Part shown: positions 1-9,117 of the stretch, in pieces | Numbering within the stretch: position 1 is the stretch's first letter | Layout of the letters: every line of letters begins with the position of its first letter | Source: an uncultured Collinsella sp. | GTDB taxonomy: Bacteria > Actinomycetota > Coriobacteriia > Coriobacteriales > Coriobacteriaceae | Length of the DNA: 64,000 nt | NCBI GenBank assembly: GCA_900543595.1 | Contig: UQRX01000003.1 | Span: forward strand, 7,178 to 71,177 | Reading direction: 5' to 3' | The notes under the pieces: generated by a model | What the model saw: only the letters and a program-made list of their open reading frames with translations | The model's database searches: none | Told to the model about the DNA's origin: nothing | Made by a program: the position numbers and the translations under genes

Positions 1-1
1 C

Positions 2-109
2 GAGGCGGTGACACGCGTGTTGCGTCGTCTTGCCGATGAGGGCCTTATCGAGGTGAAGCGCGGGCGCATCCTTGTTCTGGATGTCGACGGTTTGGCGCGC
101 CTGCCGTAG
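2..109 (+). CDS. Crp/Fnr-family transcriptional regulator, C-terminal fragment (5' part lies outside the window)
   Basis: Frame 2 reads EAVTRVLRRLADEGLIEVKRGRILVLDVDGLARLP then TAG at 107-109. This matches the typical Crp/Fnr wHTH tail. The ORF runs in from the window edge. Confidence 0.55.
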   Translation, partial: EAVTRVLRRLADEGLIEVKRGRILVLDVDGLARLP

Positions 110-258
110 CGATGACTTTGCTGTGGTGCCTATCCGCCCGCTGCTCGCTGCTTGCTCTCAAGAAAACCACCCGTATGGTGACTTGGTCACGGAACCGGCC
201 TATGTCTTCCGGACATACTGGCATCAAGCGATAGGACAAGCGAGCAAAGGAGCTCATC

Positions 259-579
259 ATGGGATTGTTTGATTTATTTGCTGGGGTGGATATCAACAAA
301 GGTGTTGAGGAGTGCCAGGCGACCGAAGGCGCGGTATTGATTGATGTACGCGGCGCCGATGAGTATCGGCAGGGGCATATCCCCGGGGCCGTCAACATTC
401 CCCTCGATAGCATCGACCGCGTGCTTGCCGAATATCCAAAGAAGGACGCCCCGCTGTTTGTACATTGCTTGAGTGGTGCTCGTAGCGGTCGTGCCACGAG
501 TTTTCTCCAGCGTGCAGGCTACAGCAACGTGAAGAACATTGGCGGAATCAATAGCTACGGTGGAAAGGTGGTGCGTTAA
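259..579 (+). CDS. single-domain rhodanese-like sulfurtransferase
   Basis: 106 aa with LIDVRGADEYRQGHIPGAVNIP and the active-site loop VHCLSGARSG. The stop is 2 nt before the next gene. Confidence 0.85.
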   Translation: MGLFDLFAGVDINKGVEECQATEGAVLIDVRGADEYRQGHIPGAVNIPLDSIDRVLAEYPKKDAPLFVHCLSGARSGRATSFLQRAGYSNVKNIGGINSYGGKVVR

Positions 580-581
580 CC

Positions 582-2273
582 ATGAAGGTGGTTATCGTGG
601 GAGGCGTTGCCGGCGGCGCATCGGCCGCGGCGCGCTTGCGCAGGCTTGACGAGCAGGCGGAGATTGTTGTTTTCGAGCGCACGGGCTATGTGTCCTATGC
701 CAATTGCGGATTGCCATACTTTATTGGCGGCGTGATTGAGGAGGAGTCTGCGCTCACGCTGCAATCGCCCGAGGGATTTTGGAATCGATTCCGCATTGCC
801 GTGAAGACGAGTCATGAGGTGATCGCCATTCACCCCGATGTGCATGCGGTTGACGTCCGCAACCTGCTCACCGGCGAAGAATTTGTCGAGACATATGACA
901 AGCTGATTCTTTCGCCTGGCGCGCACCCGATTCGCCCTGAGCTTCCGGGGATCGATTCGGATAAGATCTTCAGCTTGCGAACGGTCGAGGACACGCTGCA
1001 TATCCATGACTACGTACAAGAGCATAGGCCGAAGAGCGCTGTGGTGATCGGCGGCGGTTTTATCGGCATCGAGACTGCCGAGAACCTGCGCGACCTGGGC
1101 CTTACGGTGACGCTTCTGCAGCGCCCTCGTCAACTAATGAACAACATGGATTACGATATGGCAACGCTGCTTCACACGGAAGTGCGCGAGCATGGCATTG
1201 ACCTGCGACTTCGTGCCGACGTGACGGGTTTTGAAGAGGTCGATGGCCGTGTGGTCACTCATGTGGCGGGCGAAGATTCTATCGTGGCCGATATGGTGCT
1301 GCTCGCTATCGGCGTTGTCCCCGAGAGCCATTTGGCAAAGGAAGCTGGCATCGAGCTGGGCATCAAGGGCTCCATTGTGGTGAACGATCGCATGGAGACA
1401 TCTGCTCTCGACGTATATGCCGTGGGCGATGCCGTGCAGGTCAAGCATCAGGTGACGGGCGAGGACGCAGTGATTTCCCTTGCGGGCCCCGCCAATAAAC
1501 AGGGGCGTATCGTCGCCGATGTGATCTGTGGCCTAGACAGTCACTATCAGGGCTCGTTGGGCTCTTCGGTGATCAAGGTGTTCGACTTGACAGCTGCGAG
1601 CACGGGAATTTCTGTGAAAGCAGCGTGTGCGGCAGGTATTGATTGCGAGAGCGTTGTGCTGTCGCCCGGATCGCATGCGGGCTATTATCCCGGAGCGACG
1701 CCCATGACCATGAAAGTCGTGTTTGAGAGGGAAACCTTGCGTCTGCTGGGTGCGCAGATTGTGGGCGTCGATGGCGTCGATAAACGCATCGACGTGCTGG
1801 CGACGGCAATCCAGGCCGGTATTCGGGCCGATAAGCTCAAGGATTTGGATTTGGCTTATGCGCCGCCATATTCTTCGGCAAAAGACCCGGTAAACATGGC
1901 TGGTTTTATGATCGAGAACGTTGACTCGGGCATCCTCAAGCAGTGGCATTGGGAACAGGAGCCTGATCTGCCGCGCGACGGAAGCGTGCAGCTGCTCGAT
2001 GTTCGCACGGTTGGCGAGTATGGTCGCGGTCATATCGACGGCTTTATGAACATCCCTATTGATGACTTGCGCGCTCGCTTGGGGGAGCTTGACGTGGCAA
2101 AGCCTGTTTATGTTATTTGCCAAAGTGGTCTTCGCAGCTACATCGCTTGTCGCATTCTCGCTCAGCACGGTTTTGACTGCTATAACTTCTCGGGCGGTTA
2201 TCGTTTCTTTGCTGCTGTGACCAAAGACCGTTGCGGTAGCGATAACGTGATGCCGTGTGGATTGGAGAAGTAG
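582..2273 (+). CDS. CoA-disulfide / persulfide reductase-type FAD oxidoreductase with a C-terminal rhodanese domain (CoADR-RHD, Npsr-like)
   Basis: GGVAGGASAAARL FAD motif, redox Cys in SYANCGLPYFIGG, second Rossmann motif VIGGGFIGIE, and a C-terminal rhodanese with LLDVRTVGEYGRGHI and catalytic loop ICQSGLRS. Confidence 0.85.
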   Translation: MKVVIVGGVAGGASAAARLRRLDEQAEIVVFERTGYVSYANCGLPYFIGGVIEEESALTLQSPEGFWNRFRIAVKTSHEVIAIHPDVHAVDVRNLLTGEEFVETYDKLILSPGAHPIRPELPGIDSDKIFSLRTVEDTLHIHDYVQEHRPKSAVVIGGGFIGIETAENLRDLGLTVTLLQRPRQLMNNMDYDMATLLHTEVREHGIDLRLRADVTGFEEVDGRVVTHVAGEDSIVADMVLLAIGVVPESHLAKEAGIELGIKGSIVVNDRMETSALDVYAVGDAVQVKHQVTGEDAVISLAGPANKQGRIVADVICGLDSHYQGSLGSSVIKVFDLTAASTGISVKAACAAGIDCESVVLSPGSHAGYYPGATPMTMKVVFERETLRLLGAQIVGVDGVDKRIDVLATAIQAGIRADKLKDLDLAYAPPYSSAKDPVNMAGFMIENVDSGILKQWHWEQEPDLPRDGSVQLLDVRTVGEYGRGHIDGFMNIPIDDLRARLGELDVAKPVYVICQSGLRSYIACRILAQHGFDCYNFSGGYRFFAAVTKDRCGSDNVMPCGLEK

Positions 2274-2309
2274 GGCCTTTTTGGGCAACTTTGAACGAGG
2301 GCTGCCGTG

Positions 2310-2356
2310 AACGAGTGGCGGCTTGGCCGGAAATGAGCGCTTTGCCGCCACTCGTT
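2310..2356 (+). terminator. 12-bp perfect hairpin 36 nt after the reductase stop (possible terminator, no U-tract)
   Basis: aacgagtggcgg (2310-2321) pairs with ccgccactcgtt (2345-2356) around a 23-nt loop. Confidence 0.35.
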
Positions 2357-2645
2357 GGGGTCTGGAGCTGACGTGAGACCGTTGCCGAAGTCCCGTTTGG
2401 AGCCGTTGCGGGACCGGCTTCGCAGCATCGTTGGTACGACCGTAGAGCCGGCTCCTACTCAGGGTCGGCACCAACGCGGGACCCGGAGCCAATGCAGCAC
2501 CACAAGTGATCCAATCCTCCAGCTCACTGCCAATTCTCCTGCTAGCGTGTATGACAAAGGTGAGATGGGGTAGGAAAAACGCATTACACGCGAGTGATGG
2601 GGAAAGGCCGACGTGCCCGTCCCTGTGCGGGGAGGAAGCCCATCG

Positions 2646-5600
2646 ATGCTGGAGCTCAAAGGTATTTGCAAAAGGTACGTTACCCAGTCGTTTACGCAGG
2701 TGGCGCTCGACAGCGTAAGCCTGGCTTTTCGCGATAACGAGTTCGTGGCCATTCTGGGTCCCTCGGGCTCGGGCAAAACTACGATGCTCAACGTTATCGG
2801 CGGGCTCGATCATTTCGATTCCGGCGACCTGTTGATCGACGGTATTTCGACCAAGGACTTCCGTGACCGCGATTGGGACGCCTATCGTAACAATCGTATC
2901 GGCTTTGTGTTCCAGAGCTATAACCTTATCCCACATCAGACCATCTTGGAAAACGTGGAGTTGGCGCTTACGCTCACGGGCGTGGGGCATGCCGAGCGCC
3001 GCCAGCGTGCGCGCGAGGCGTTGGAGAAAGTCGGCCTGGGCGAGCATGTTAACAAGCGCCCGAGCCAGCTTTCGGGCGGACAGATGCAGCGCGTGGCCAT
3101 CGCCCGCGCCCTAATCAACGATCCCGAGATCGTCCTTGCCGACGAGCCGACCGGCGCCTTGGACTCAACGACATCCGTGCAGGTCATGGATTTGCTCAAA
3201 GACGTGGCGCGCGACCGCCTGGTTATCATGGTCACGCACAATCCCGAGCTGGCGTACCAATATGCCACGCGCATTGTCAACCTGGCGGACGGCAAGATCA
3301 CCGACGATTCCGATCCCTTCGATGTCGCTGACGCCACGCGCCGCGAGGCCAAGCCTACGCGCAAAACCTCGATGAGCTTTGTGACGGCGCTGGGGCTTTC
3401 TGCCCGCAACCTTATGACCAAGAAGGGCCGTACGGCCATGACGGCCTTTGCGGGGTCGATTGGCATTATCGGCATCGCGGCGATTCTTGCGCTGTCCAAC
3501 GGCGTAAACGGCTACATCAAAAAGGTCGAGGAGGATACGCTCTCGAGCTACCCGCTCACCATTTCCAAGCAGGATTACGACCTGTCGTCCATGATGGGCG
3601 GACAGGGGGCCACGGATGACGAGGCGTCCAACGGCGAGGATTCGTCCGACGACGGTACCGACGGCAAGGCTCAGGGAACCGATAAGATTCCCGTGGTCAC
3701 GGCCGTAAAGGATATGTTTGCGAGCGTTAAGTCCAACGACATGACGAGCTTTAAGGCATGGCTTGACGACGGCGGCGATGGTATCGACAAAGAGGTCAAC
3801 GCCATCCAGTATGGCTACGGCGTGACGCCAGTTGTCTATCGTTCGAGTAAGGGTGACGAGAAGCCCGTCCGGCTGGTGCCCAACGCTATGACCGAGGCCA
3901 TGAGCGGAGGCGCAAGTTCGGCGGCAACGGTGAGCATGGAATCCATGGGAACCTCGGTCTTTAACGAGATGATCGACGACCAGAGTCTGCTCGACAGCCA
4001 GTACGATGTCGTCGCTGGCCATTGGCCTACGTCCGCCAACGAAGCCGTGATGGTGCTTTCGAGCCGTGGCACGGTGGGCGATTACACGCTCTACAGCATC
4101 GGTGCGCTGGATATTGATGAGCTCAATGACCTGGTTAACAGCGCCATGGCGGCCGACGGTGGGGTCGAAACGCCCGAGACCGGCACCGACTTTACCTACG
4201 ACGATGCGCTGTCCACGACGTTTAAGGTACTGTCGCCGGCCGATGCGTATCGCAAAAACGAAGAGACCGGCATGTGGACCGATATGTCTGGCGACGCCGA
4301 CTTTATGTCCGCCAAGGTTGCCGACGGTATCGACGTGCACATTGTGGGCGTGGTGCGACCCAACGAGACGGCCAACGCGAGCGCGTTGTCCCCGGGCATT
4401 GCCTACACGCATGCGCTGACTCGCCAGCTTATGGAGCGCGCCGCCGATTCGCAGATTGTGCAGGAGCAACTCGCCCACCCCGAGACGGATGTCTTTACGG
4501 GCAAGTCTTTCGATGAGCTGCAGGGCGAGGCCAAACAAGGCGTGGATCTGGGCAGTATGTTCAGCGTGGATGAGGCGGCGCTGAAGAGCGCGTTCTCGTT
4601 CGATACGCCTGCGCTCTCGGGCGCTGCCGGCGGTATGGACCTTTCTGGCATCGACTTGTCCGGGCTGGACATTGACCTTTCTGGCGTTGGTAAGGACATC
4701 GACTTCAGCGACATCATGGCCAAAGCGCCAACCCCAGATTTCTCGGGTATCTTTGACGGTCTGGAACTCACGCCCGAGCAAATGCAGCAGGTGGGAACAC
4801 TAGCCAACCAGCTGTTTGAGGGCTTTTTGCGGTCTGATCAGTTTAAGGCGCTGACGCCCGATGATCTTAAGGACGCGTCAAAGCTTACCACCGCGTTCTC
4901 GACGTATCTTGAGAGTGATACGGCAGCCCAGCAAATCCTGGCCCAGCTGAAGGCCCTCGGCGGCGATGCCCTGGCCGAGCGTCTGCAGCGGGCGATGACC
5001 GACTATGTGCAAAAGCAGCTGGCTCCGTATCTGCATCAGGCTATGGATCAGGTGATGAAGTCGATCAGCGATCAGATTGCGGCGACGGTGTCAGCTCAGC
5101 TCAAGGCAGGCGCGGCGGGGCTCATGGGACAGATGGCGACGCAGATGTCGTCGAGCTTTGCCAACTTGGCGGGCGCTATGCATGTGGATGCGAGCGCCTT
5201 TGCCCGCGCCATCCACTTCAACATGGACGCCGAGGACCTGAGCTCGCTCATGATGAGCTATGCCAAAGCGTCGAAGCTCACCTACGACAACAACCTGACC
5301 ACGTTGGGTTATGCGGACGAGGCAGACCCCATCTCGGTTAAGATTTTCCCGCGCGACTTTGAGGCCAAGGAGCGCGTACTCGATCATATCGATGCGTACA
5401 ACAAGCAGGTCAAGGCCGCTGGCCACGATGAGCAGGCAATCTCGTACACCGACTACATGGGCATCATCATGGGCTCGGTGACCGATATCGTTAACACCAT
5501 CAGCTTGGTGCTCATCGCGTTCGTGAGCATCAGCCTGGTCGTGAGCTCCATCATGATTGGTATCATCACCTACATCAGCGTACTGGAGCGCAAGAAGGAG

Positions 5601-5900
5601 ATCGGCATCCTGCGCGCAATCGGTGCGTCGAAGCGCAACGTGGCAAACGTGTTCAACGCCGAGACCTTTATCGAGGGCCTCATTGCCGGCATCTTTGCCA
5701 TTGTCGTTGTGGTGCTCGTGAGTTTTCCGGTCAATGCCTGGGCACTTGCGGCCAAACAGGTCCCCAACCTGATGAGTCTGCCCGTGCAGGATGCGCTGGT
5801 GCTCATTGCAATTTCGGTGCTGTTGACGGTTGTTGCCGGCCTGCTGCCGGCCCGCAGCGCGTCCAAAAAGGACCCCGTGGAGGCCTTGCGCTCCGAATAA
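2646..5900 (+). CDS. fused ABC transporter ATP-binding / FtsX-type permease (MacB-like) with a very large extracytoplasmic domain
   Basis: Walker [10 protein letters not shown], signature LSGGQMQR, Walker [11 protein letters not shown], then TM1, about 600 aa of soluble region, and a C-terminal FtsX 3-TM bundle. I prefer the ATG at 2646 (GGAGGAAG 8 nt upstream) over the track start at 2613. Confidence 0.85.
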   Translation: MLELKGICKRYVTQSFTQVALDSVSLAFRDNEFVAILGPSGSGKTTMLNVIGGLDHFDSGDLLIDGISTKDFRDRDWDAYRNNRIGFVFQSYNLIPHQTILENVELALTLTGVGHAERRQRAREALEKVGLGEHVNKRPSQLSGGQMQRVAIARALINDPEIVLADEPTGALDSTTSVQVMDLLKDVARDRLVIMVTHNPELAYQYATRIVNLADGKITDDSDPFDVADATRREAKPTRKTSMSFVTALGLSARNLMTKKGRTAMTAFAGSIGIIGIAAILALSNGVNGYIKKVEEDTLSSYPLTISKQDYDLSSMMGGQGATDDEASNGEDSSDDGTDGKAQGTDKIPVVTAVKDMFASVKSNDMTSFKAWLDDGGDGIDKEVNAIQYGYGVTPVVYRSSKGDEKPVRLVPNAMTEAMSGGASSAATVSMESMGTSVFNEMIDDQSLLDSQYDVVAGHWPTSANEAVMVLSSRGTVGDYTLYSIGALDIDELNDLVNSAMAADGGVETPETGTDFTYDDALSTTFKVLSPADAYRKNEETGMWTDMSGDADFMSAKVADGIDVHIVGVVRPNETANASALSPGIAYTHALTRQLMERAADSQIVQEQLAHPETDVFTGKSFDELQGEAKQGVDLGSMFSVDEAALKSAFSFDTPALSGAAGGMDLSGIDLSGLDIDLSGVGKDIDFSDIMAKAPTPDFSGIFDGLELTPEQMQQVGTLANQLFEGFLRSDQFKALTPDDLKDASKLTTAFSTYLESDTAAQQILAQLKALGGDALAERLQRAMTDYVQKQLAPYLHQAMDQVMKSISDQIAATVSAQLKAGAAGLMGQMATQMSSSFANLAGAMHVDASAFARAIHFNMDAEDLSSLMMSYAKASKLTYDNNLTTLGYADEADPISVKIFPRDFEAKERVLDHIDAYNKQVKAAGHDEQAISYTDYMGIIMGSVTDIVNTISLVLIAFVSISLVVSSIMIGIITYISVLERKKEIGILRAIGASKRNVANVFNAETFIEGLIAGIFAIVVVVLVSFPVNAWALAAKQVPNLMSLPVQDALVLIAISVLLTVVAGLLPARSASKKDPVEALRSE

Positions 5901-5928
5901 TGTGACAAGGGACGGTCCTTTGTCACAT
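5900..5928. repeat. hairpin family copy 1 (tgtgacaaGGGACGGTCCTTTgtcaca)
   Basis: Inverted arms gtgacaagg / cctttgtcac directly abut the ABC TAA stop (5898-5900). It shares stem and loop with copies at 7749, 38802 and 42529. Confidence 0.8.
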
Positions 5929-5946
5929 CGAGACCCTTGCGAAATC

Positions 5947-6125
5947 AGGGTCTAATACTTTTCCGAGAAGTGAACGAGTCAAAATGGACCCCCGAAGCAT
6001 CGACACTTTTGAGATGTAATTTCCTGCGGTTTTGCCAGTCAAATCCTGCGGTTTTGGCGTCAGAAAATGTCGATGCTTCGGGGGTCCAAATACAGCCATT
6101 CACTTCTGGGGAAAGTATTAGACCT
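5947..6125. repeat. about 180-bp long-hairpin (MITE-like) repeat, copy A
   Basis: About 62-nt arms (agggtctaatacttttccgagaagtgaacgag...gacccccgaagcatcgacac) pair with their reverse complement at 6064-6125. The centre carries a direct repeat of cctgcggttttg (x2). A homologous copy lies at 7482-7663 in the opposite orientation. Confidence 0.75.
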
Positions 6126-6170
6126 CGAGATATAGACGGCGTTTGCGAGTGGAAATCAGAATGCAAGCTT

Positions 6171-7346
6171 CTAGCTCTTCTTTGCAGAGAGCATGAGCCT
6201 AATTTCCGGATGGGTGTATTCGTCGAACTCTTCCTTGGGCTCGGTGTCAAAGGCGTAGTACGACTTGATGGATTCGTCCTCCGTCTTGATGCTGATCTCC
6301 TCGTATAAGGATCCGGCCAAAAATGCCTGCTTAAACTCATCCGACAGGCTACATGGCGCGAGGAGGTCAGGCGTGGCAACGGAAATGTCCAGTCCGTTGA
6401 GCGGGGCACAGAGCGTTGCAATATCCTGCTCGGCGCGGGCGAGGTTGTCTGCAAGGCTTGCCTCGGGGTCGATCTGACTGGTGTAATCGACGTCCGTGAG
6501 CATGCCATCTGCATCGAAAGAAAGGTAGATATAGGCTGCTTGAGTGCCGAGGTCATTATCGCGCAGATAGCCGATAATGCGGTAGCCGTAGTCGTGATAC
6601 GACTCGTATGGGTCGTCTGCTGCGATGCGTTCGCACACGGGCTCCAAGGCATCTTGCGCGATGGCGAGCTGCTCGGCGGCTGCAGCCTTTCTTGCCTGAA
6701 GCTCGTTATTTCCCTGGACAAGCTGCGGGATGTAGACGCCAAGCAGCACAATGGCGGGCAACACCGCGAGAGCTATGATCTGCTTCTTGACGTTTGGAAT
6801 CGTCACGCCGTATGCGTTTGCCATGGCCTCGGCATTGCTCGAGGTCTCGGCCAGCACGTCTGCCGCCGTGGCGACTGCCCCTACGGCGCTGGCAACCTCG
6901 GCGGCACCGCCCAGGTTGCGCGCGAGATCGTTATCGCTGTTCTTGAGCAGGCGGCCGGCAGCTTGCGTGGCAAGCACGCCGGCGACCTCCGCGGAATGGT
7001 CCTTGTTGGTCTGGGCCACCGCAAGCCTGCTCTGCAGTTCCTTCCACTGTTTGCCCTGCATTCCAAAGCGCGGCGCAAGAGCGCAATAGCAAAAGATGGC
7101 GATTTCGATTACGGTGAGTGCGATGGCGGTATATATGCCCGCTGGTTGGAATTCTTTTTGGTGAAACGCGATATCGTTGACCATTTGGAGCGGCAACATC
7201 AACAGGCATGCTACGAACGACATGACGAGTGCGGTCGCTGCGATTTTGGGGTATGTGCAGTACCGCTGGATGCGTTTCTTTTCTTGCTCGGTGAGCTGCT
7301 GCATGGGGCCTCGACTCTTATCGTTTTTCGGGGGCGATGTGCACAC
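6171..7346 (-). CDS. hypothetical membrane protein (3 predicted TM segments plus a C-terminal soluble domain)
   Basis: Only long ORF between the two MITE-like repeats. Hydrophobic segments are IAATALVMSFVACLLMLPL, IYTAIALTVIEIAIFCYCAL and IIALAVLPAIVLLGVYI. I recognise no family. The start is uncertain (7346 GTG or ATG at 7304). Confidence 0.55.
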   Translation of the reverse strand: MCTSPPKNDKSRGPMQQLTEQEKKRIQRYCTYPKIAATALVMSFVACLLMLPLQMVNDIAFHQKEFQPAGIYTAIALTVIEIAIFCYCALAPRFGMQGKQWKELQSRLAVAQTNKDHSAEVAGVLATQAAGRLLKNSDNDLARNLGGAAEVASAVGAVATAADVLAETSSNAEAMANAYGVTIPNVKKQIIALAVLPAIVLLGVYIPQLVQGNNELQARKAAAAEQLAIAQDALEPVCERIAADDPYESYHDYGYRIIGYLRDNDLGTQAAYIYLSFDADGMLTDVDYTSQIDPEASLADNLARAEQDIATLCAPLNGLDISVATPDLLAPCSLSDEFKQAFLAGSLYEEISIKTEDESIKSYYAFDTEPKEEFDEYTHPEIRLMLSAKKS

Positions 7347-7481
7347 GCTCTTGAGTATAGATGAGTGAAGGACGTCTGTTGTTCATACATAGCGGTCAAC
7401 AGCGTGCTGTTGGTGATCGTTTGATCGCGAACGTCGTCTTTTGGAGCATGAAGCCGCTGCCGATGCCCACAAACAGCAAAT

Positions 7482-7663
7482 CGAAGGTGAATGGTTTCCC
7501 GAGAAGTGAACGACCTAATTTGGACCCCTGAAGCACCCACGTTTTTCGACGCTAAAACCGCAGGATTTGAGTGATAAAACCGCAGGAATTGGCCTTCCAA
7601 AAGTGTCGATGCATCGAGGGTCCGATTTCACTCGTTCACTTCGCGGAAAACCATTCGCCTTCG
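7482..7663. repeat. about 180-bp long-hairpin (MITE-like) repeat, copy B, inverted relative to copy A
   Basis: Arms cgaaggtgaatggtttcccgagaagtgaacgac... and ...actcgttcacttcgcggaaaaccattcgccttcg. The centre gacgctaaaaccgcaggatttgagtgataaaaccgcaggaa is the reverse complement of the centre of copy A. Confidence 0.75.
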
Positions 7664-7748
7664 TTGTATGAGGCGCCGGATGCAAGGGTGATTATCGTCA
7701 AGCTGCTGCCTCTGCCTTGTGAATCATCTGGAGCACAAGGCATAATGC

Positions 7749-7779
7749 ATGTAACAAGGGGGCGGTTCCTTTGTCACAT
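7749..7779. repeat. hairpin family copy 2 (atgtaacaaGGGGGCGGTTCCTTTgtcacat)
   Basis: Same stem and loop as copy 1, in the same orientation, 24 nt upstream of the dus start. Confidence 0.8.
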
Positions 7780-7802
7780 CCGTTGATATGAGAGAAGAGT
7801 AG

Positions 7803-8756
7803 ATGATTCTTTCGCTTGCCCCTATGGAGGGGATTACCGGGCATGTGTTCCGTCGCGTGCATGCGGAGTGCTTCGGTGCGCTCGATTGTTATTACACGCC
7901 GTTTTTGCCGCCGCCGCGGGTTGGCAACCGTTTTGGTGGCAAGGCGTTTAAGGAGATCGATCCTGCCAATAACCAGGGACTTAACGTGGTGCCTCAGTTG
8001 ATGTCCAAGAACGCGGACGAGTTTGTGTGGGCGGCACAGGTGCTCGCCGACATGGGCTATCGCGAGGTCAATCTCAACCTGGGTTGCCCCTCGGGAACAG
8101 TTGTCGCCAAGGGCAAGGGCTCGGGTTTCTTGCGCCATCTCGACGAGCTCGAGGTGTTCTTGAACGATGTGTGCGAACGTTCGCCGTTGCCGGTGTCGGT
8201 AAAAACCAGGCTGGGGCTGGAGAGCGACGACGAATACGAGCGCGTGCTCGATCTGTATTGCCACATGCCGCTGGCAGAGCTGATTGTGCACCCGCGCGTG
8301 CAAAAGGACCGCTATACGGGCTCGCCGCGCAAAGAGTTTTATGGCGAGACGTTGGAGCGGGCACCGTTTCCGGTGGCATACAACGGCGACATTTTTGATC
8401 TTGAGGATATGGAAGCGCTGGTGGAGGCCTATCCTGCTACGCGCCACGTGATGCTGGGACGCGGGTTGCTCGCGAACCCCGCTCTGGCTCGCATGGTCAA
8501 GGGCGGCCTTGCTGCCACGGATGCTGAGCTGCAGCGCTTCCACGACACGCTGTTTGCGGCATATGCAGAAGAGATTGGCGGCAACGCGGTCTTTCGCATG
8601 AAGGAGTGGTGGTTCTACGCCAAATGCGCCTTCGCCGATCCCGCTACCGTTCACAAGCTCGTACGTAAGACTAAAAAGGTCGACGAATACCGCGCCGCCG
8701 TCGATCGCGTCTTTCGCGAGCAGCCACTTGCACCCATAGCCCGCTTCCACGGCTAG
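7803..8756 (+). CDS. dus: tRNA-dihydrouridine synthase family protein
   Basis: N-terminal LAPMEGITGHVFR, catalytic NLGCPSG, TIM-barrel length of 317 aa. Confidence 0.8.
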   Translation: MILSLAPMEGITGHVFRRVHAECFGALDCYYTPFLPPPRVGNRFGGKAFKEIDPANNQGLNVVPQLMSKNADEFVWAAQVLADMGYREVNLNLGCPSGTVVAKGKGSGFLRHLDELEVFLNDVCERSPLPVSVKTRLGLESDDEYERVLDLYCHMPLAELIVHPRVQKDRYTGSPRKEFYGETLERAPFPVAYNGDIFDLEDMEALVEAYPATRHVMLGRGLLANPALARMVKGGLAATDAELQRFHDTLFAAYAEEIGGNAVFRMKEWWFYAKCAFADPATVHKLVRKTKKVDEYRAAVDRVFREQPLAPIARFHG

Positions 8757-8763
8757 TTGGTCG

Positions 8764-8807
8764 TTGGGGATGTTCTTTAACGACTAGTCATTTAAGAACG
8801 TCCCCAA
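8764..8807. repeat. ACTAGT-centred palindrome (TTGGGGAtGTTCTTtaacGACTAGTCatttAAGAACGTCCCCAA), copy 1
   Basis: Near-perfect 44-bp palindrome between convergent dus and grx. A second copy lies at 33042-33102. Confidence 0.8.
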
Positions 8808-8820
8808 TGGCTGTGTTGCA

Positions 8821-9066
8821 CTAGAGCAGGTTCTCTTGCGCCCACGCGATGATGTCGCTCGATTCGTAGAGTGGTTTGCCATCGATGAACAGGCAGGGAA
8901 CCTGGCGTTTTCCGCCGACGGCGATGAGCGTCTGCTCGGCATCGGGGTCGGTCGAGATGTTGCGCTCAGGGATGGTCACGCCGTTATCGGCCAGAAAGCG
9001 CTTGACCTTTATGCAATACGGGCAGCCGGTCATAACGTACAGTGCGAGCTCATGATTAGTAGCCAT
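8821..9066 (-). CDS. glutaredoxin-family protein
   Basis: CPYC active site in LYVMTGCPYCIKVKRFL, and GGKRQVPCLFIDG. ATG at 9066 has GGAG 5 nt upstream (the track ORF extends to 9105). Confidence 0.8.
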   Translation of the reverse strand: MATNHELALYVMTGCPYCIKVKRFLADNGVTIPERNISTDPDAEQTLIAVGGKRQVPCLFIDGKPLYESSDIIAWAQENLL

Positions 9067-9117
9067 AGGTCTCCAATCGGTTGCGGTTTTGATTGAAATA
9101 CCCAAAGCCGCCGCGGT

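Noticed and set aside
2306-2358. Relationship of the 2310 hairpin to the 180-bp MITE-like arms (shared gtgaacgag).
   Set aside because: Only a 9-mer is shared, which is expected by chance about once in a window of this size.
1533-3047. 504-aa ORF on the minus strand. Similar long antisense ORFs lie at 3165-4781(-), 10954-11979(-), 25575-27164(-), 27462-29237(-), 37318-38571(-), 43164-44501(+), 47524-48528(-), 49421-50644(+), 51753-52757(-) and 55841-56815(-).
   Set aside because: Each lies antisense to a gene with clear family motifs. Their products are Arg/Ala/Gly/His-rich low-complexity translations typical of stop-codon-poor high-GC DNA, and they have no SD or recognisable domains.
5900-7779. 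Integron-like cassette with attC sites (also considered for 38802-42563).
   Set aside because: The hairpins are only about 30 bp, lack the R''/L''-L'/R' organisation and the GTTRRRY core, and no integrase is present. The idea is kept only as a generic 'insertion into a hairpin' hypothesis.
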